The notes under the pieces were generated by a model. That model saw only the letters and a program-made list of their open reading frames with translations. It searched no databases and was not told the DNA's origin. Of a stretch of 42,824 nt of DNA, positions 20,054-31,506 are shown piece after piece. Within the stretch, counting starts at the first letter, position 1. Every line of letters starts with the position of its first letter. Position numbers and translations under genes: made by a program. This stretch comes from Prasinococcaceae sp. CCMP 1430 (Eukaryota > Plantae > Prasinodermophyta), in NCBI GenBank assembly GCA_013416795.1, contig RQSC01000020.1, forward strand, positions 484,399 through 527,222, read 5' to 3'.

Positions 20054-22679
20054 TCACTCCGCGAACGGCATCGACACGATGGCGCGCGCATCGCCCCTTG
20101 CCTCGAGGTCGAGGTCCAGCGGCAAGTCAGACAGCAGCGCAGCGAGCGCGCCGATGACCTCGTCCTGCCGCGGGGTCTGGAGGACCAACGAGCGCACCTC
20201 CACGCCGGCAGCGGGCGCGAATCTCAGCTCGACGTCGCCAGTGTCCTCCGCGTTCCAACGCACCGAGCGTATGTCCTGCAGTGCCAGCGGCGGGAGCAAG
20301 GCGCCCTCGTAGCCTGCTGCGCAGGTCTCGCCCGGCCTGGCCAGCACGAGCAGGTTCGCCTCCGTACAGAGCAGCCGCCGCATCCCGCCGGGCGCCCCGC
20401 AGCCCTGCACGCCCAAAATGTCCGAGAAGCGCACGCTGGCACCGGCACTGACCTCGCGCACCATCCGCATCATCGTCTCGGAACGATGGGCGCGCAGGAG
20501 GTCGATGGGCAACGCCACGCGGGCGGCGAGCGCGCGCACGCCCTCACGAGAGCGCGCAGACGCCACCGCGCCGTCCGCATGCTTCCCGGCCGTAGCGAGG
20601 CCCGTCGGGGCGGTGGTGGCAGCTGCTGGCGCCGCGGGCGCGGCCCTGTGGAGCCCGGGCAATGCGAGTACTGGTAGTCGGCCCTCCCTGAGCGCGGTGA
20701 CATCGGCGTCTACCGTTGCCAGCACGCTCTGATCGTAGTCCATCGCCGCCTTGGCACCATCTGGCATGCCCGCGCGCAGCACAGAGTTGAGCGTGCTCAG
20801 GCGCGCGTTCTCCTCGCGAAGCTTCTCAGCGCCGGCAAGCTGCGCCGTGAGCGCCTTGATACGACCACCGAGATCCTTGCGCTCGTCTTCGAACGCCGTC
20901 ACAAGTTCCTTGAGAGCGGCCACCTCCGCACCGAGGCTCTGTGCGTCAGCCTCGAACTTGACCGCGGCATCAAGCCGGAGCTCGAGAGCCTCCGCACGTG
21001 CGCGCTCCTTTGCGCACGCAAGCGCCTCCTCCGCGCGCGCGGCCTCGGCAGCCGCTGCCGCGTCGTGCGCGGCACCCACTTGTGCCGCTGCTTGTGCCTC
21101 AGACTCCTCGGACGCCACGCGCCTGCTGAGCGCCTCCACCTGCGCCTCCAGTCCCGCTGAGCACTCGAGCGCAGCATCGAGCTGTGACTTCGCAGACTTA
21201 AGCTCGGCGGCGAGCGCGTGGGCGCGCGCGTTGGCGGTCGTGACTGCCTCACCCATTGTGCGGACGGACTCTGACTGGGCTGAGGCGTAGGACTTTGCGG
21301 TCTCCTTCTCGGCGACCAGCTCGCGATTGACTTGGGCTAGCTTTGCGTTCATCTTCGTCAGCCTCTCAACTTCGGTCTTGCGCATCGACCACGCGGCCGC
21401 CTCCTTGAGCGCTCTTTCGGTTCCTGCAAGCCTGTCAGCGAGGTCCTGGACGCGTGCTTCGGCCTTCTCCGCACGCTGTTTGAGCTCGAGCACTTCTTTC
21501 TCGGAGGACGCCGTGAGTGCCACCAGCTCGGTCCTCAAATCGGCGGCGCCCACCGCCTCCACGGCGGCCGCATCGGCTGCCTCGCGAAGCGCTCGCGACT
21601 CGGCTGCAGCCCGCGTGGCGTCTTTTGCGGCGGCCTCGCGCACGGCCTCGAGCTCCTCCTCGTGCGCGCGCGTGAGCGCGGCCACCTCCAGCTCGGCCTC
21701 TCTCCGGAGCGCTTGTATCTCGGCCGTCTTCTTGGTGCACGTTTCGCTCGCTTGCTTGCACGTTTCGTTGGCGCTCTCGAGCTGGGCGCGCGCCTGCGCG
21801 AGCTCGTCCTCGAGGTGACGCTGCAGGTCGTCCTCGCGCTGCGCCATGCGTGCACTTACGGCACGCAGGATGTCCACTTCGGCGGCATCGCGCGCCGCAG
21901 ACGGCGGAGCTGCAACGACGGGCGCGGAGGGTGTGCTCGCCGCCTGCGCCCGCACCGCGCCGAGGCGCGCCTCCATGGCCAGCATGCGCTCCTCGCGCGT
22001 CGCCTCCTCGATCTCCGCCCGAAGGGCGGCCCGCCGGTACGCCGCATCCACGTAGGAGTTCATGGCGACCGGGCCGAAGCCAGGGGCGTGCAAGACGCCG
22101 CCTTCGACGCCCATCGCGTGTCGCACCTCGTCGCGCACGGCGTCGCGCAGCTCTCGCTTGGCCTTCTTCGCCGACGCGCGCGCCGCGGAGCGCGGGAAGC
22201 GGTCGCCCTCGGCGGCGGCGGGCGCGAGCGCCGCCATGACTTCCTCGGAGGTCATCCCCGCCTCGGCGGCAGCAGCCGCGACGTCGGAGATCACCGCGTC
22301 GCGCACGGACGTGTCCGGCGCGGGCGTCTCCGGATCGGGCTGCGGCCGCTTCTGCGCGGCCGACGCCAGCAGCGTCGCGAAGAGCTTCCGCGGCACCGCC
22401 AACGACGCCGCGTCCGAGCGCGCGGGCGTCACCGTCGGCGCCTCGCGCACCTCCGCGGGCGTGGCCGCCGCTCCGACGCGCAGCGTGCGGGCACCGGACC
22501 GAGCCCCCGAGCCCGGGCCAGCGCTCGCTCCCGCTGTCATGCCCACGCCGCGCATCTCCGCCACCGCCTGCACATCCACGAGCAGTGGCGGCTCCGGAGG
22601 GGGCGCTCCGCCAGGTATGTAGTACTTCTCCACCCCACGCCGCGCGGTGTTGCCCGCAACGACCTCGGCGTTCGGCGTG
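20054..22679 (-). CDS. Long coiled-coil protein with a C-terminal PH-like beta-rich domain; start uncertain
   Basis: About 400 aa of E/A/K/R heptad-rich sequence, then RRLLCTEANLLVL...LALQDIRSVRW...VELRF...LVLQTPRQDEVIGALAALL. Single-n join at 22680. Confidence 0.7.
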
Positions 22680-22761
22680 NCCGCAGGCGCCCGCAGCGCG
22701 CGCGCGCCGGCGCACGCGCTGTGCCGCACCTGCCCCCCCTCCACGCCCTCCCTCGGCAAGG

Positions 22762-22797
22762 CACACGCACACACACACACACGCACGCACACACGCG

Positions 22798-22834
<37 letters not shown>

Positions 22835-22892
22835 GCACACACACACACGCACACACACGCACACACACACGCGCGCGCGCGCGCGCGCGCGC
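22762..22892. repeat. Imperfect (CA)n plus (CG)n tract
   Basis: Directly visible; the pure CG run is at about 22870-22892. Confidence 0.95.
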
Positions 22893-23114
22893 ACGTTCGA
22901 GCGCCCGTTCCCCAACGGGCGCGAACACGGCACCGACCAACGCAGTCATTTCAAATGCGTCGATTCACACTACGGCAGAAATTACATTTAAAATGATATG
23001 ACAGTATGCGGTATGACGCGGACTCTTACGCCTTTCCGCAGAGCTGTCGTGGCGTCGTGCGCAGCGCCGGCGGACGCCCGACGCCGCGGCAGGCGCAGGG
23101 GGGCACGCCGCACA

Positions 23115-23116
<2 letters not shown>

Positions 23117-23157
<41 letters not shown>

Positions 23158-23162
23158 CGTGC

Positions 23163-23198
<36 letters not shown>
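23117..23198. repeat. (TG)n microsatellite, possibly the body of a short intron (23117-23210)
   Basis: Starts CACA|GTGTGT and ends ...TTCGTACGCGCAG at 23210, 11 nt before an ATG. Confidence 0.85.
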
Positions 23199-23199
<1 letters not shown>

Positions 23200-23221
23200 C
23201 GTACGCGCAGGCGAGGGAGTC

Positions 23222-24140
23222 ATGTCCTCTCTCTCTCTCGCGCGCCAAAGCGCGCGGCGCGGGGGCGTCCCCCACCCCGCACACCCCACCCACCCCACCC
23301 ACCCCACCCACCCCACCCACCCCACCCACACCACCACCTCGCCCACCGTCGCGTCTGCCGCGATGGGCGTCGCCTCCCCCTCCCCCGCCGCGGCGGCGGT
23401 CGGCGCGTCGGACAGCGACGACGACGACGACTACGACTTCGTCGTCGCCGGCGGCGAGGCGGAGCGGCTGCGCGCGGCTACGCGCGGCGGCGGCGGCGGN
23501 NNNNNNNNNNNNNNNNNNNNNNNNNNNNNNNNNNNNNNNNNNNNNNNNNNNNNNNNNNNNNNNNNNNNNNNNNNNNNNNNNNNNNNNNNNNNNNNNNNNN
23601 NNNNNNNNNNNNNNNNNNNNNNNNNNNNNNNNNNNNNNNNNNNNNNNNNNNNNNNNNNNNNNNNNNNNNNNNNNNNNNNNNNNNNNNNNNNNNNNNNNNN
23701 NNNNNNNNNNNNNNNNNNNNNNNNNNNNNNNNNNNNNNNNNNNNNNNNNNNNNNNNNNNNNNNNNNNNNNNNNNNNNNNNNNNNNNNNNNNNNNNNNNNN
23801 NNNNNNNNNNNNNNNNNNNNNNNNNNNNNNNNNNNNNNNNNNNNNNNNNNNNNNNNNNNNNNNNNNNNNNNNNNNNNNNNNNNNNNNNNNNNNNNNNNNN
23901 NNNNNNNNNNNNNNNNNNNNNNNNNNNNNNNNNNNNNNGCGCGCGGCCGCGCAGTCGCCGTCCGCGGCCGTCGGCGGACAGAACGGCGGCTTCCACCGCT
24001 CGCGCCGGCGCGACCCGGGGGCGCGTGCCACCGCGCCGACGGCGGGGCGCTTCGTGCGCAGGGGGCGGCCGACCGTCCGCGTGTCGGACCTCTTCAGGCC
24101 GGGCACGCTCTTCTCCGACGATGAGGACGACTACAGCTGA
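23222..24140 (+). CDS. Hypothetical low-complexity protein interrupted by a gap
   Basis: MSSLSL..(PTH)n..SDSDDDDDYDFVVAGGEAERL before the gap and RPTVRVSDLFRPGTLFSDDEDDYS* after it. The frame differs across the gap. The start could be 23222 or 23363. Confidence 0.5.
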
Positions 24141-24421
24141 GGAAGCCCACACGTCGACCGCGCGTCGCGCGCGTGGCCTCGCCGCGTGCAGCCAGGCTCT
24201 CCCGCGCAGGCATGCCGCGCTCGCTGGCTCGCGCCCTTGAGCGCGCGCGCCCGCGCGCACCCGCGCCGTCGCTCTAGCTACCGTAGTGCATGCAACTGCT
24301 ACAAAAGGGTGCGTTCATGGTATATGCTACACCGCACTCGGATGGCATGTGTGCGGTCTGCGTGCGTGGATGCGCGCGCGTCGCCATCGTCGGCTCGCGA
24401 TGCGCGCCATTATGTCCGCGC

Positions 24422-25625
24422 TCACAGGGCGGCGATGGCACCGAGGGCGTAGACGGCGGCGCCCGTCGCCCAAGAGGTGAGCATTCCTACGGTGAGGGCG
24501 ACCTTGACGCGCGAGGAACTGCACGCGCGCTCGCTCGCCACGCGCGCGGCGCACTCGATCGAGGTGGCGGCGCAGCGCTCCTCGGCGAGCACCGCGTGCT
24601 TGCGAGCCTCGTCACGGTCCGCCTCAGCACACGCCAGCGCGCCCTCGAGGCGCGCGGCCTCCTCCGCGTGCGCGCGCGCGGCCGTGGCACCCTGTTCGCG
24701 GAGGTGCGCCTCACGCGCCTCGGCGGCGGCGGCCACTTCGTGGATGCCCTGCTTTAGGATGATGACGGCGTCGGCGAGGCCGCCCTGCTGCACGCCGTCG
24801 CCGCCGACATCGACAGCCGCGGCGGAGCGCTCGATGCGTATCGCCTCAATCGCCTCGTCGCGTTCCGCCTCGGCGGCACGCGCGCGGTCGTCGGCGGCGT
24901 CGCGGGCGGCCTCCGCCTTCGCCGCGCGCGCGATGGCTTCGTCCCGTTCGGAGCGCGCCTCGATGGCGCACGCCTGCGCCTCGGCCGAACGCTCCTCTGC
25001 CTCGAGCCTGGCAGCCTCCGACGCCGCGGCCGCGATCTGTGCCTCGGCCGCGCGCGCCTCCGCCTGTCGCGCGCGCTCCTCCGCTGCGCTCGCCTCCCCG
25101 GCCGCCTTGGCGGCGCGGCTGCTGGCGACGCCAGCGCGCGCCATGGCGCGCTCGGCCTTGGCCAGCGCCTCGTCACGCGCCCTCCGCGCCGCCTCGGCGT
25201 CGGCGAGCGCCGCCTGTCGTGCCTCCTTGAACGCGTGCGTGTCGCCGGCGGCGGTCATTTGCAGGAGCTCCGCGTCGGCAGCGCGACGCTCAGCGGCGGC
25301 GTGCATGTCCTCCGCGGCCTTGAAGGCGGCCGTAAGCCTCTCGACCTCGGACTTGGCGCTCGCGCTGGCCGCCGTCGCCGCAGCCACCTGCCTGTCCGCC
25401 TCGGACCGGGCGGCGTCGAGCGCCTCGCGGGCCACGCGAGCCCTCTCCTCGGCGGCCTCGGCCCTCGCGGAGGCGCGTCGCGCGTCGAGCTCGGCGGCGT
25501 CGCGCGCGGCCTCCAGCTCACCGACCTGGCGCGTGCGGGCGTCGCGCTCCGCGCTCAGCAGCGCGCGCGCATCGCCGAGGAGGTGCTCCGAGTGCGCCTG
25601 CGCGATGACGGCCGCGTCGGCGCGG
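24422..25625 (-). CDS. Coiled-coil protein with a C-terminal transmembrane anchor (tail-anchored); 5' part in gap
   Basis: About 370 aa of A/E/R heptads ending in the hydrophobic KVALTVGMLTSWATGAAVYALGAIAAL*. Confidence 0.7.
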
Positions 25626-26519
25626 GNNNNNNNNNNNNNNNNNNNNNNNNNNNNNNNNNNNNNNNNNNNNNNNNNNNNNNNNNNNNNNNNNNNNNNNNNN
25701 NNNNNNNNNNNNNNNNNNNNNNNNNNNNNNNNNNNNNNNNNNNNNNNNNNNNNNNNNNNNNNNNNNNNNNNNNNNNNNNNNNNNNNNNNNNNNNNNNNNN
25801 NNNNNNNNNNNNNNNNNNNNNNNNNNNNNNNNNNNNNNNNNNNNNNNNNNNNNNNNNNNNNNNNNNNNNNNNNNNNNNNNNNNNNNNNNNNNNNNNNNNN
25901 NNNNNNNNNNNNNNNNNNNNNNNNNNNNNNNNNNNNNNNNNNNNNNNNNNNNNNNNNNNNNNNNNNNNNNNNNNNNNNNNNNNNNNNNNNNNNNNNNNNN
26001 NNNNNNNNNNNNNNNNNNNNNNNNNNNNNNNNNNNNNNNNNNNNNNNNNNNNNNNNNNNNNNNNNNNNNNNNNNNNNNNNNNNNNNNNNNNNNNNNNNNN
26101 NNNNNNNNNNNNNNNNNNNNNNNNNNNNNNNNNNNNNNNNNNNNNNNNNNNNNNNNNNNNNNNNNNNNNNNNNNNNNNNNNNNNNNNNNNNNNNNNNNNN
26201 NNNNNNNNNNNNNNNNNNNNNNNNNNNNNNNNNNNNNNNNNNNNNNNNNNNNNNNNNNNNNNNNNNNNNNNNNNNCGAGCCCCCGCGCGCCCACCGCGCT
26301 GTGCCACCCCTCCCCTCGCCCCTCCCCCTCCCCCCCCTCCCCCCTCCCCTCACCCTCCCGCGCGCCTCCTCGCGCGCGCATACAGCACCATTTCAACCCC
26401 GTCAATTCACCTTATAATAATAAAAACAGATACATTTGTACGTACTGCAGAACTTCGAAGGGGCTGTTTGCGGTTTCGATGCGCGCGCGCGCGCGCGGCG
26501 CCGTGGCGACGGCGGAAAA

Positions 26520-27080
26520 AGCCCCATATCAAAACGCATGCGGCCCAGGAAGAGCCGTTCGAGCCGTTGCCAGGGGTGCCACGAACCTCAACACATATAG
26601 GGTTATTATATAGGGTTTATACCTATAATCAAAACGCACGCGAACGGGGGCGTTGCCGACACCGACCGACCGACCCCGACCGGGTGTGCACCGACGTGCC
26701 GCAAAAAAAGTCTCCATGAGTAGCGGGCTCAAAACTGCGCGCCCTGGAACGAGCGGCGCCCGCTGGGAGCATTTTTAGCCGGGCGTACATCCGCCTGGCG
26801 AGGGCGACGACTTTGGAGACCCCTGTCTGTATTCTGTGCGTATGGTGTGGTATTTAGAGGTTATGTATCAGGGTTTAATTATAATATCAAATCGCATGCG
26901 GAGGAGGGGGATGGGTTAGGGGGCGGAGCGAGCCGTTCGGAGCCGTTGCTCGCGCCCGCCCGACGCGTGTTTGGGGTATGCAATGCAACCTCAACTCGCC
27001 TCACGCGCGCGCTGCGGTGCGAAAACATCTTGATTACCCGCTTTTTGTGGAGACCCTACGTACATCAAAACGCGTGCGAG
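26520..27080. promoter_or_regulatory. AT-rich divergent intergenic region with a duplicated motif module
   Basis: ATCAAAACGC-type motifs at 26528, 26628, 26886 and 27064; GAGCCGTTC(G)GAGCCGTTGC twice; AACCTCAAC twice; three AGGGTT motifs. Confidence 0.5.
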
Positions 27081-27177
27081 TCCGAGCGCACCATCGGGAA
27101 TGGGGGTGTGGGGTGTGTGTGCCCTTTGGCGGCGCGCCCCTTCGGCGTTCCTCGAGTTGACCTCGCACGCTGCGATC

Positions 27178-28578
27178 ATGTCGCGCATCGTCATACGCAA
27201 AGCTGACCGTCGGACGTCGGCGATGCCGATCTATTGCGACGAATCCGACGGAACCGGTTCCGGCGTGGTGTTGATGGCATCGCTGTCAATGAGCGACGAG
27301 GCAGCCCATGCCGCGATGGCGCGGGTGCGCCAAGTGATCGGTCTGCGCGGCGAGTTGAAGGGCAGCCGCATCAGCATGGCGGAACGGGCTTTCGTGGTCG
27401 AGTTGCTGTGCGCGGCAGGGGTCGAGGCCTATGTCGTCGAATCCTATTTTGCCGATGGTGCGGATCGCAACGATGTCACCCGCTACGCCGCCGTTCTGGA
27501 GATCCTGTTGAGCGACGCCTCGCTGGACGCGGTCGTGGTGCTGAACGCCCCGACCGCGCTGGGCGACGGGGTCGCCGCCGCGCGGCGCGTGGCCGCGGCG
27601 ATGCCCGCCTGTGCCCCCCGCCTGCTCGCGCACGCGAACGCGATGCGCTTCCTCGCGAGCACTACCACGGGCGACGTCGTCGTTCGCGCAGTGCTTGACC
27701 CGAAGGCGCGCGCGGCAGCGTGTGGCGAGGACGCGGTGCGCGCCATGCGTGCGGAGTGCGAGGCGCTCGCTGCCGCGGCGCGCTTGCGCGGCGTGCTCAC
27801 CGCCGGCCTCGGCGAGTCTGGCGCGGCGGGTGAGCACCTCGTGGGGCATGACCACGTGGTCGAGACGTATACGCTCGCCGACGGCAGGCGGCTGAGTTAC
27901 GAGCACGTGGAGGGCTTCTTCTCGAATCCCAGCGCAGCCGCGTGCACCTTCACTCTCGATTGGCTCTGCGCGCGCGCGAGGGAGTTGCGAGCACGCGCGG
28001 CCGAGCGCGGCGCGCGGCCGGGGGCGCTGCTCGAGCTCTACTGCGGCGGCGGCAATCACACGGTTGCGCTTGCGCCCTTCTTCTCGCGCGTGACGGGCGT
28101 GGAGCTTCATCCGAGGCTGGTAGAGGCGGCCGCGCGCAACGTGCGCAGAAACGCAGCCGCCAACGCGTCGCTCGGCGCTGCAGCCACCAACGTGGAAGTT
28201 GTCGCCGCGCCCTCGGCCAAGTTCTGCAAGAGGGTACTCGCGACCAAGGGCAAGTGCCTCCAAAAGCGCGCGCCCGAGCGCGAGGGTGAGGGCGATGCGT
28301 GCGCCGAAGAGGCCTATGACACGCTGCTTCTCGACCCGCCGCGCGCGGGCCTAGACGCGCTCACCGCGCGGATGGCCACCCTCTTCGACGTTGTGCTCTA
28401 CGTCTCGTGCTCGCCCGCGCACTCGCTGCCGCGCGACCTGTGCGTGCTCTGCAAGACGCACGAAATCACGCGCATGTGCTACATCGATCACTTCCCCGGC
28501 AGCCAGCATCTTGAGACGGCTCTGATGCTCGAGCGGAGGCGCGGCAGGCAAGTCGCCGACGCAGACGATGTAAAATAG
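27178..28578 (+). CDS. tRNA/tmRNA (uracil-5)-methyltransferase TrmA-like with an atypical, bacterial-looking N-terminus
   Basis: EGFFSNPS, LLELYCGGGNHTVALA, VTGVELH, LLLDPPRAGLD, LYVSCSP..L.RDL and DHFPGSQHLE are the RlmD/TrmA SAM-binding and catalytic motifs. Confidence 0.85.
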   Translation: MSRIVIRKADRRTSAMPIYCDESDGTGSGVVLMASLSMSDEAAHAAMARVRQVIGLRGELKGSRISMAERAFVVELLCAAGVEAYVVESYFADGADRNDVTRYAAVLEILLSDASLDAVVVLNAPTALGDGVAAARRVAAAMPACAPRLLAHANAMRFLASTTTGDVVVRAVLDPKARAAACGEDAVRAMRAECEALAAAARLRGVLTAGLGESGAAGEHLVGHDHVVETYTLADGRRLSYEHVEGFFSNPSAAACTFTLDWLCARARELRARAAERGARPGALLELYCGGGNHTVALAPFFSRVTGVELHPRLVEAAARNVRRNAAANASLGAAATNVEVVAAPSAKFCKRVLATKGKCLQKRAPEREGEGDACAEEAYDTLLLDPPRAGLDALTARMATLFDVVLYVSCSPAHSLPRDLCVLCKTHEITRMCYIDHFPGSQHLETALMLERRRGRQVADADDVK

Positions 28579-28661
28579 GAGTTGGCAGTGACTCTACCTG
28601 TGCCATCGCTGCGCTCGCGGTTGGCGAGCTAGGTAGCGAGCTGTCCGGTGGGATTCCTCTC

Positions 28662-31331
28662 CTAGCTGTTCCCACCGGTGAGGGTGCTCGGCGGCGACTC
28701 GCGCCCGCTCAGCGCGCCACCTATATTGCGAGACGCCGGGAGCGTCCTATTAAGGAGGCCGTACTTGTTGAGGACCGACACGATCGAGCGATGGGAGGGC
28801 GGCTTCGCGATGAAGTCGGAGAGACCGCGCTTGACGAACTCCTCCCGTTCGTCGGTGAGCGTGTTGCCCGTAAGGCCGACGATCGGGATGGAGACGCCCA
28901 ACGCGCGGATCTTGCTGGTGGCGTCGCCGCCGCACATCACGGGCATCTGCGAGTCCATGAAGACCACATCGTACTCGCCGCCCGCTTCGAAGGCCTCGAC
29001 GGCCGCCAGCCCGTCTGCAGCTTCTTCGCACACCACGCCGAGCTTCTCCAGCAGCCGGACGAAAATTTTGCGGTTGAGCGGCGCGTCCTCCACGACCAGG
29101 GCGCGCGCGCGCCGCGTGCCCCCCCCGCCCTCAGGGCGCGTGTCCATCGCCGCCGTGACGGCGGCGAGCTCGGCGCCGCCATCTTCGCCGTCGTCGCCGT
29201 CAGCAGCTCCGCCTGCGGGATGGATGGGGGCGGGGGCTACCATGTCCTCGCCGACAGCGGCGGTGGGCATGGTTGGCATCGCGCAGGCGGGCACGCGCAG
29301 GTGAATGCTGAACGTAGAGCCCTCGCCCACTTTCGACTCCAGCTCGAGCTTGCCGCCGTGCAAATCCACGATGATGCGGCAGAGGTAGAGCCCGAGGCCG
29401 CTCGAGTGTTTTGCATTGCGGCGCAGACCCGCGCGCGTCTGCGAGTACGGCTGGAAGAGCCGCGAGGAGTCGTCGTTTGATATGCCGCAGCCGGTGTCGG
29501 CCACGCTCAGGTCGACCTCGACCATGCACGTCGGCTGCATCGCGTCGTCGGCGCCCCGCTCGCCTGTCCCCCCGCCGCCCGCGGCGGGGGCGTCCCCTTC
29601 GACGATCCTGGCCGCGTACGTGACCGTGACGGAGCCGCCTTCGGGCGTGAACTTGGCTGCGTTGGACAGCAGGTTGTTGATGACCTGCCCTATTCTGAAG
29701 GGGTCGAGCACCAGGGCGTGGGTGTTCAGGAACGCCCGCGTGTTCTCCGAGGCGACCAAGCTGAGCTTCACGCCCGCCGCCGAGAACACGCCTTTCTGCG
29801 TGGACACCTCGCGCTCGATCAGGGCGCCGCAGTGCGCCGCCTCGCTGCAGAGGACAAGCATCTGCTCCTCGTGCTTCATGACGTCGAGCACGTCGTCCAA
29901 GACGCGCTGCACGACGGTGCACGACCTGGCCATGCTCGCGATCGTGTCGATGTGTTCGCCGCTTGCAAAATGCTGTGAGTTCGGGCGGTCCAACGACGTC
30001 ATTCCCGAGCCGCTCGAGAAGGAGCTCGAGCCGCTCGTTGGGTTGCGCGCCCTCGCTTTCTCTCCCCCGTCCATGGCCAGCAAAGCGAGGCCGGTGCTGA
30101 TGACGCTGAGCGGCACGCGCACCTCGTGGAAGATGTACCCGATGAAGATCTTGGTTGCTTGCTGCTCTGCGCGCAGCCTGGCGCGCATGATGTAGTTGGC
30201 CAGCCCGTTGATGTCGCTGACCAGCGCGTTCACCGCGATGGTCAAACAGCCCATGACCGCGAGCAAGGCGATTTCCAGGCGCGCGTCCGGCGTGTAGACG
30301 TGCGCGCGCAGCACCGAGGCGGTGGTGAAGGTCAGCGTGGACTGCAAGGCGAGTAGCACGGTGAACTGCCAGCGCGTCGACATCGTGGTGGCCGTCATCA
30401 TCGTCATGAGGAAGGGGCTCAGGCCGCCCTGCGCCAACCTGCCCGCGCGCACGTTGACGCAGTCGGATGGGTCGGCGAAGAGCGCCGGCGTGTGCGTCGA
30501 CGCGCACAGCGCCCCCGACTGCATTGGCCACGACGCGAACAGGCCAAAGATCAGCACGCCCGCGTTCCACTGCTTCTGCATGCGCGACATGTCCGAGTAC
30601 GACACAGAGTACAGCGACCCCATCATCACCACGAGGCACATCACCACCGCCGCGTTGCCCAGCGGCGACACCGTCGCTTCGCGGGTGCGATGCGTGACCA
30701 CGAACATCATGTGCGTCACGAAGAGGCCGACCACGGGCAGCACGAGCTTCTTGCGCGTCTCCCAGCGCTCGGCGTAGTACCCGTCGACGTCATCCAGCGA
30801 CGCCTTGGTGGCCACCTCCGCGTCCGCCAGCGCGATCACCGCCGCGGGCACCACGTTGGGCAGGCCCGCCGCGCCGTCCTTAGCGTCGGTGCCCTCGCCG
30901 GGCGCGCCGGCGTCTGCGTCGCCCTCGGCGGGCCCCGCGTAGCGGCCCACGGCCCACGTCGCGGTGGCGAGCGCGGGCATGGCGGCGCCGGCGGCCACCC
31001 AGAACGCGGGCACGGCGAAAAGGGGCCACAGCCCCGCCGCGTCGCCGTCGCGCAGCATCGTCGCGACGTGCGCCGCCTGCTGCGCGCACACCGCCGCGAC
31101 CGCCGTCGCGGCGTACGCCACCATGCCGTAGTGGAACGCGCCGCTCCCCACGCGCGCGCCGCCCGCCTGCGCGGGGTCCACGCCGCCCCCCGCGGCGGCC
31201 CCGGCCCCCTTGGCGGGCGAGTACACTCGCTGCAGCAGCTCGACCGAGGCGACGGGGTACGTGCCGAGCAGCACCGCCGTGGCGGCGAAGAGGCACGCCT
31301 CGGCTGCGTCCGTGGCTCCGAGCAGCGCCAA
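28662..31331 (-). CDS. Hybrid sensor histidine kinase (multi-pass TM, HisKA, HATPase, REC); true start uncertain
   Basis: H-box [14 protein letters not shown]-box [15 protein letters not shown]1 [17 protein letters not shown]2 SGLGLYLC. Receiver [30 protein letters not shown]. About 8-9 hydrophobic segments at the N-terminus. No in-frame ATG precedes the first TM; a likely acceptor GCGCAG follows the CA tract. Confidence 0.92.
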   Translation of the reverse strand: MALLGATDAAEACLFAATAVLLGTYPVASVELLQRVYSPAKGAGAAAGGGVDPAQAGGARVGSGAFHYGMVAYAATAVAAVCAQQAAHVATMLRDGDAAGLWPLFAVPAFWVAAGAAMPALATATWAVGRYAGPAEGDADAGAPGEGTDAKDGAAGLPNVVPAAVIALADAEVATKASLDDVDGYYAERWETRKKLVLPVVGLFVTHMMFVVTHRTREATVSPLGNAAVVMCLVVMMGSLYSVSYSDMSRMQKQWNAGVLIFGLFASWPMQSGALCASTHTPALFADPSDCVNVRAGRLAQGGLSPFLMTMMTATTMSTRWQFTVLLALQSTLTFTTASVLRAHVYTPDARLEIALLAVMGCLTIAVNALVSDINGLANYIMRARLRAEQQATKIFIGYIFHEVRVPLSVISTGLALLAMDGGEKARARNPTSGSSSFSSGSGMTSLDRPNSQHFASGEHIDTIASMARSCTVVQRVLDDVLDVMKHEEQMLVLCSEAAHCGALIEREVSTQKGVFSAAGVKLSLVASENTRAFLNTHALVLDPFRIGQVINNLLSNAAKFTPEGGSVTVTYAARIVEGDAPAAGGGGTGERGADDAMQPTCMVEVDLSVADTGCGISNDDSSRLFQPYSQTRAGLRRNAKHSSGLGLYLCRIIVDLHGGKLELESKVGEGSTFSIHLRVPACAMPTMPTAAVGEDMVAPAPIHPAGGAADGDDGEDGGAELAAVTAAMDTRPEGGGGTRRARALVVEDAPLNRKIFVRLLEKLGVVCEEAADGLAAVEAFEAGGEYDVVFMDSQMPVMCGGDATSKIRALGVSIPIVGLTGNTLTDEREEFVKRGLSDFIAKPPSHRSIVSVLNKYGLLNRTLPASRNIGGALSGRESPPSTLTGGNS

Positions 31332-31361
31332 CAGGCGGTCCCACGGCTGCGCGAATCATGC

Positions 31362-31442
31362 GCGTGTGCGTGTGCGTTTGGGTGCGTGTGCGTTTGGGTG
31401 TGTGTGCGTGTGTGCGTGTGTGTGTGCGTGTGTGTGTGTGCG

Positions 31443-31504
<62 letters not shown>
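31362..31504. repeat. Long (TG)n microsatellite (CA on the kinase coding strand)
   Basis: Directly visible; probably inside a 5' intron of the histidine kinase gene. Confidence 0.95.

Positions 31505-31506
<2 letters not shown>

Noticed and set aside
26290-26360. G-quadruplex-prone tracts beside gaps (also 255-310)
   Set aside because: Real sequence features, but expected at this GC level and best explained as causes of sequencing dropout. No evidence of function.
30200-31331. Histidine kinase rhodopsin
   Set aside because: I could not find a helix-7 retinal-binding Lys motif or opsin-like helix-3 pattern.
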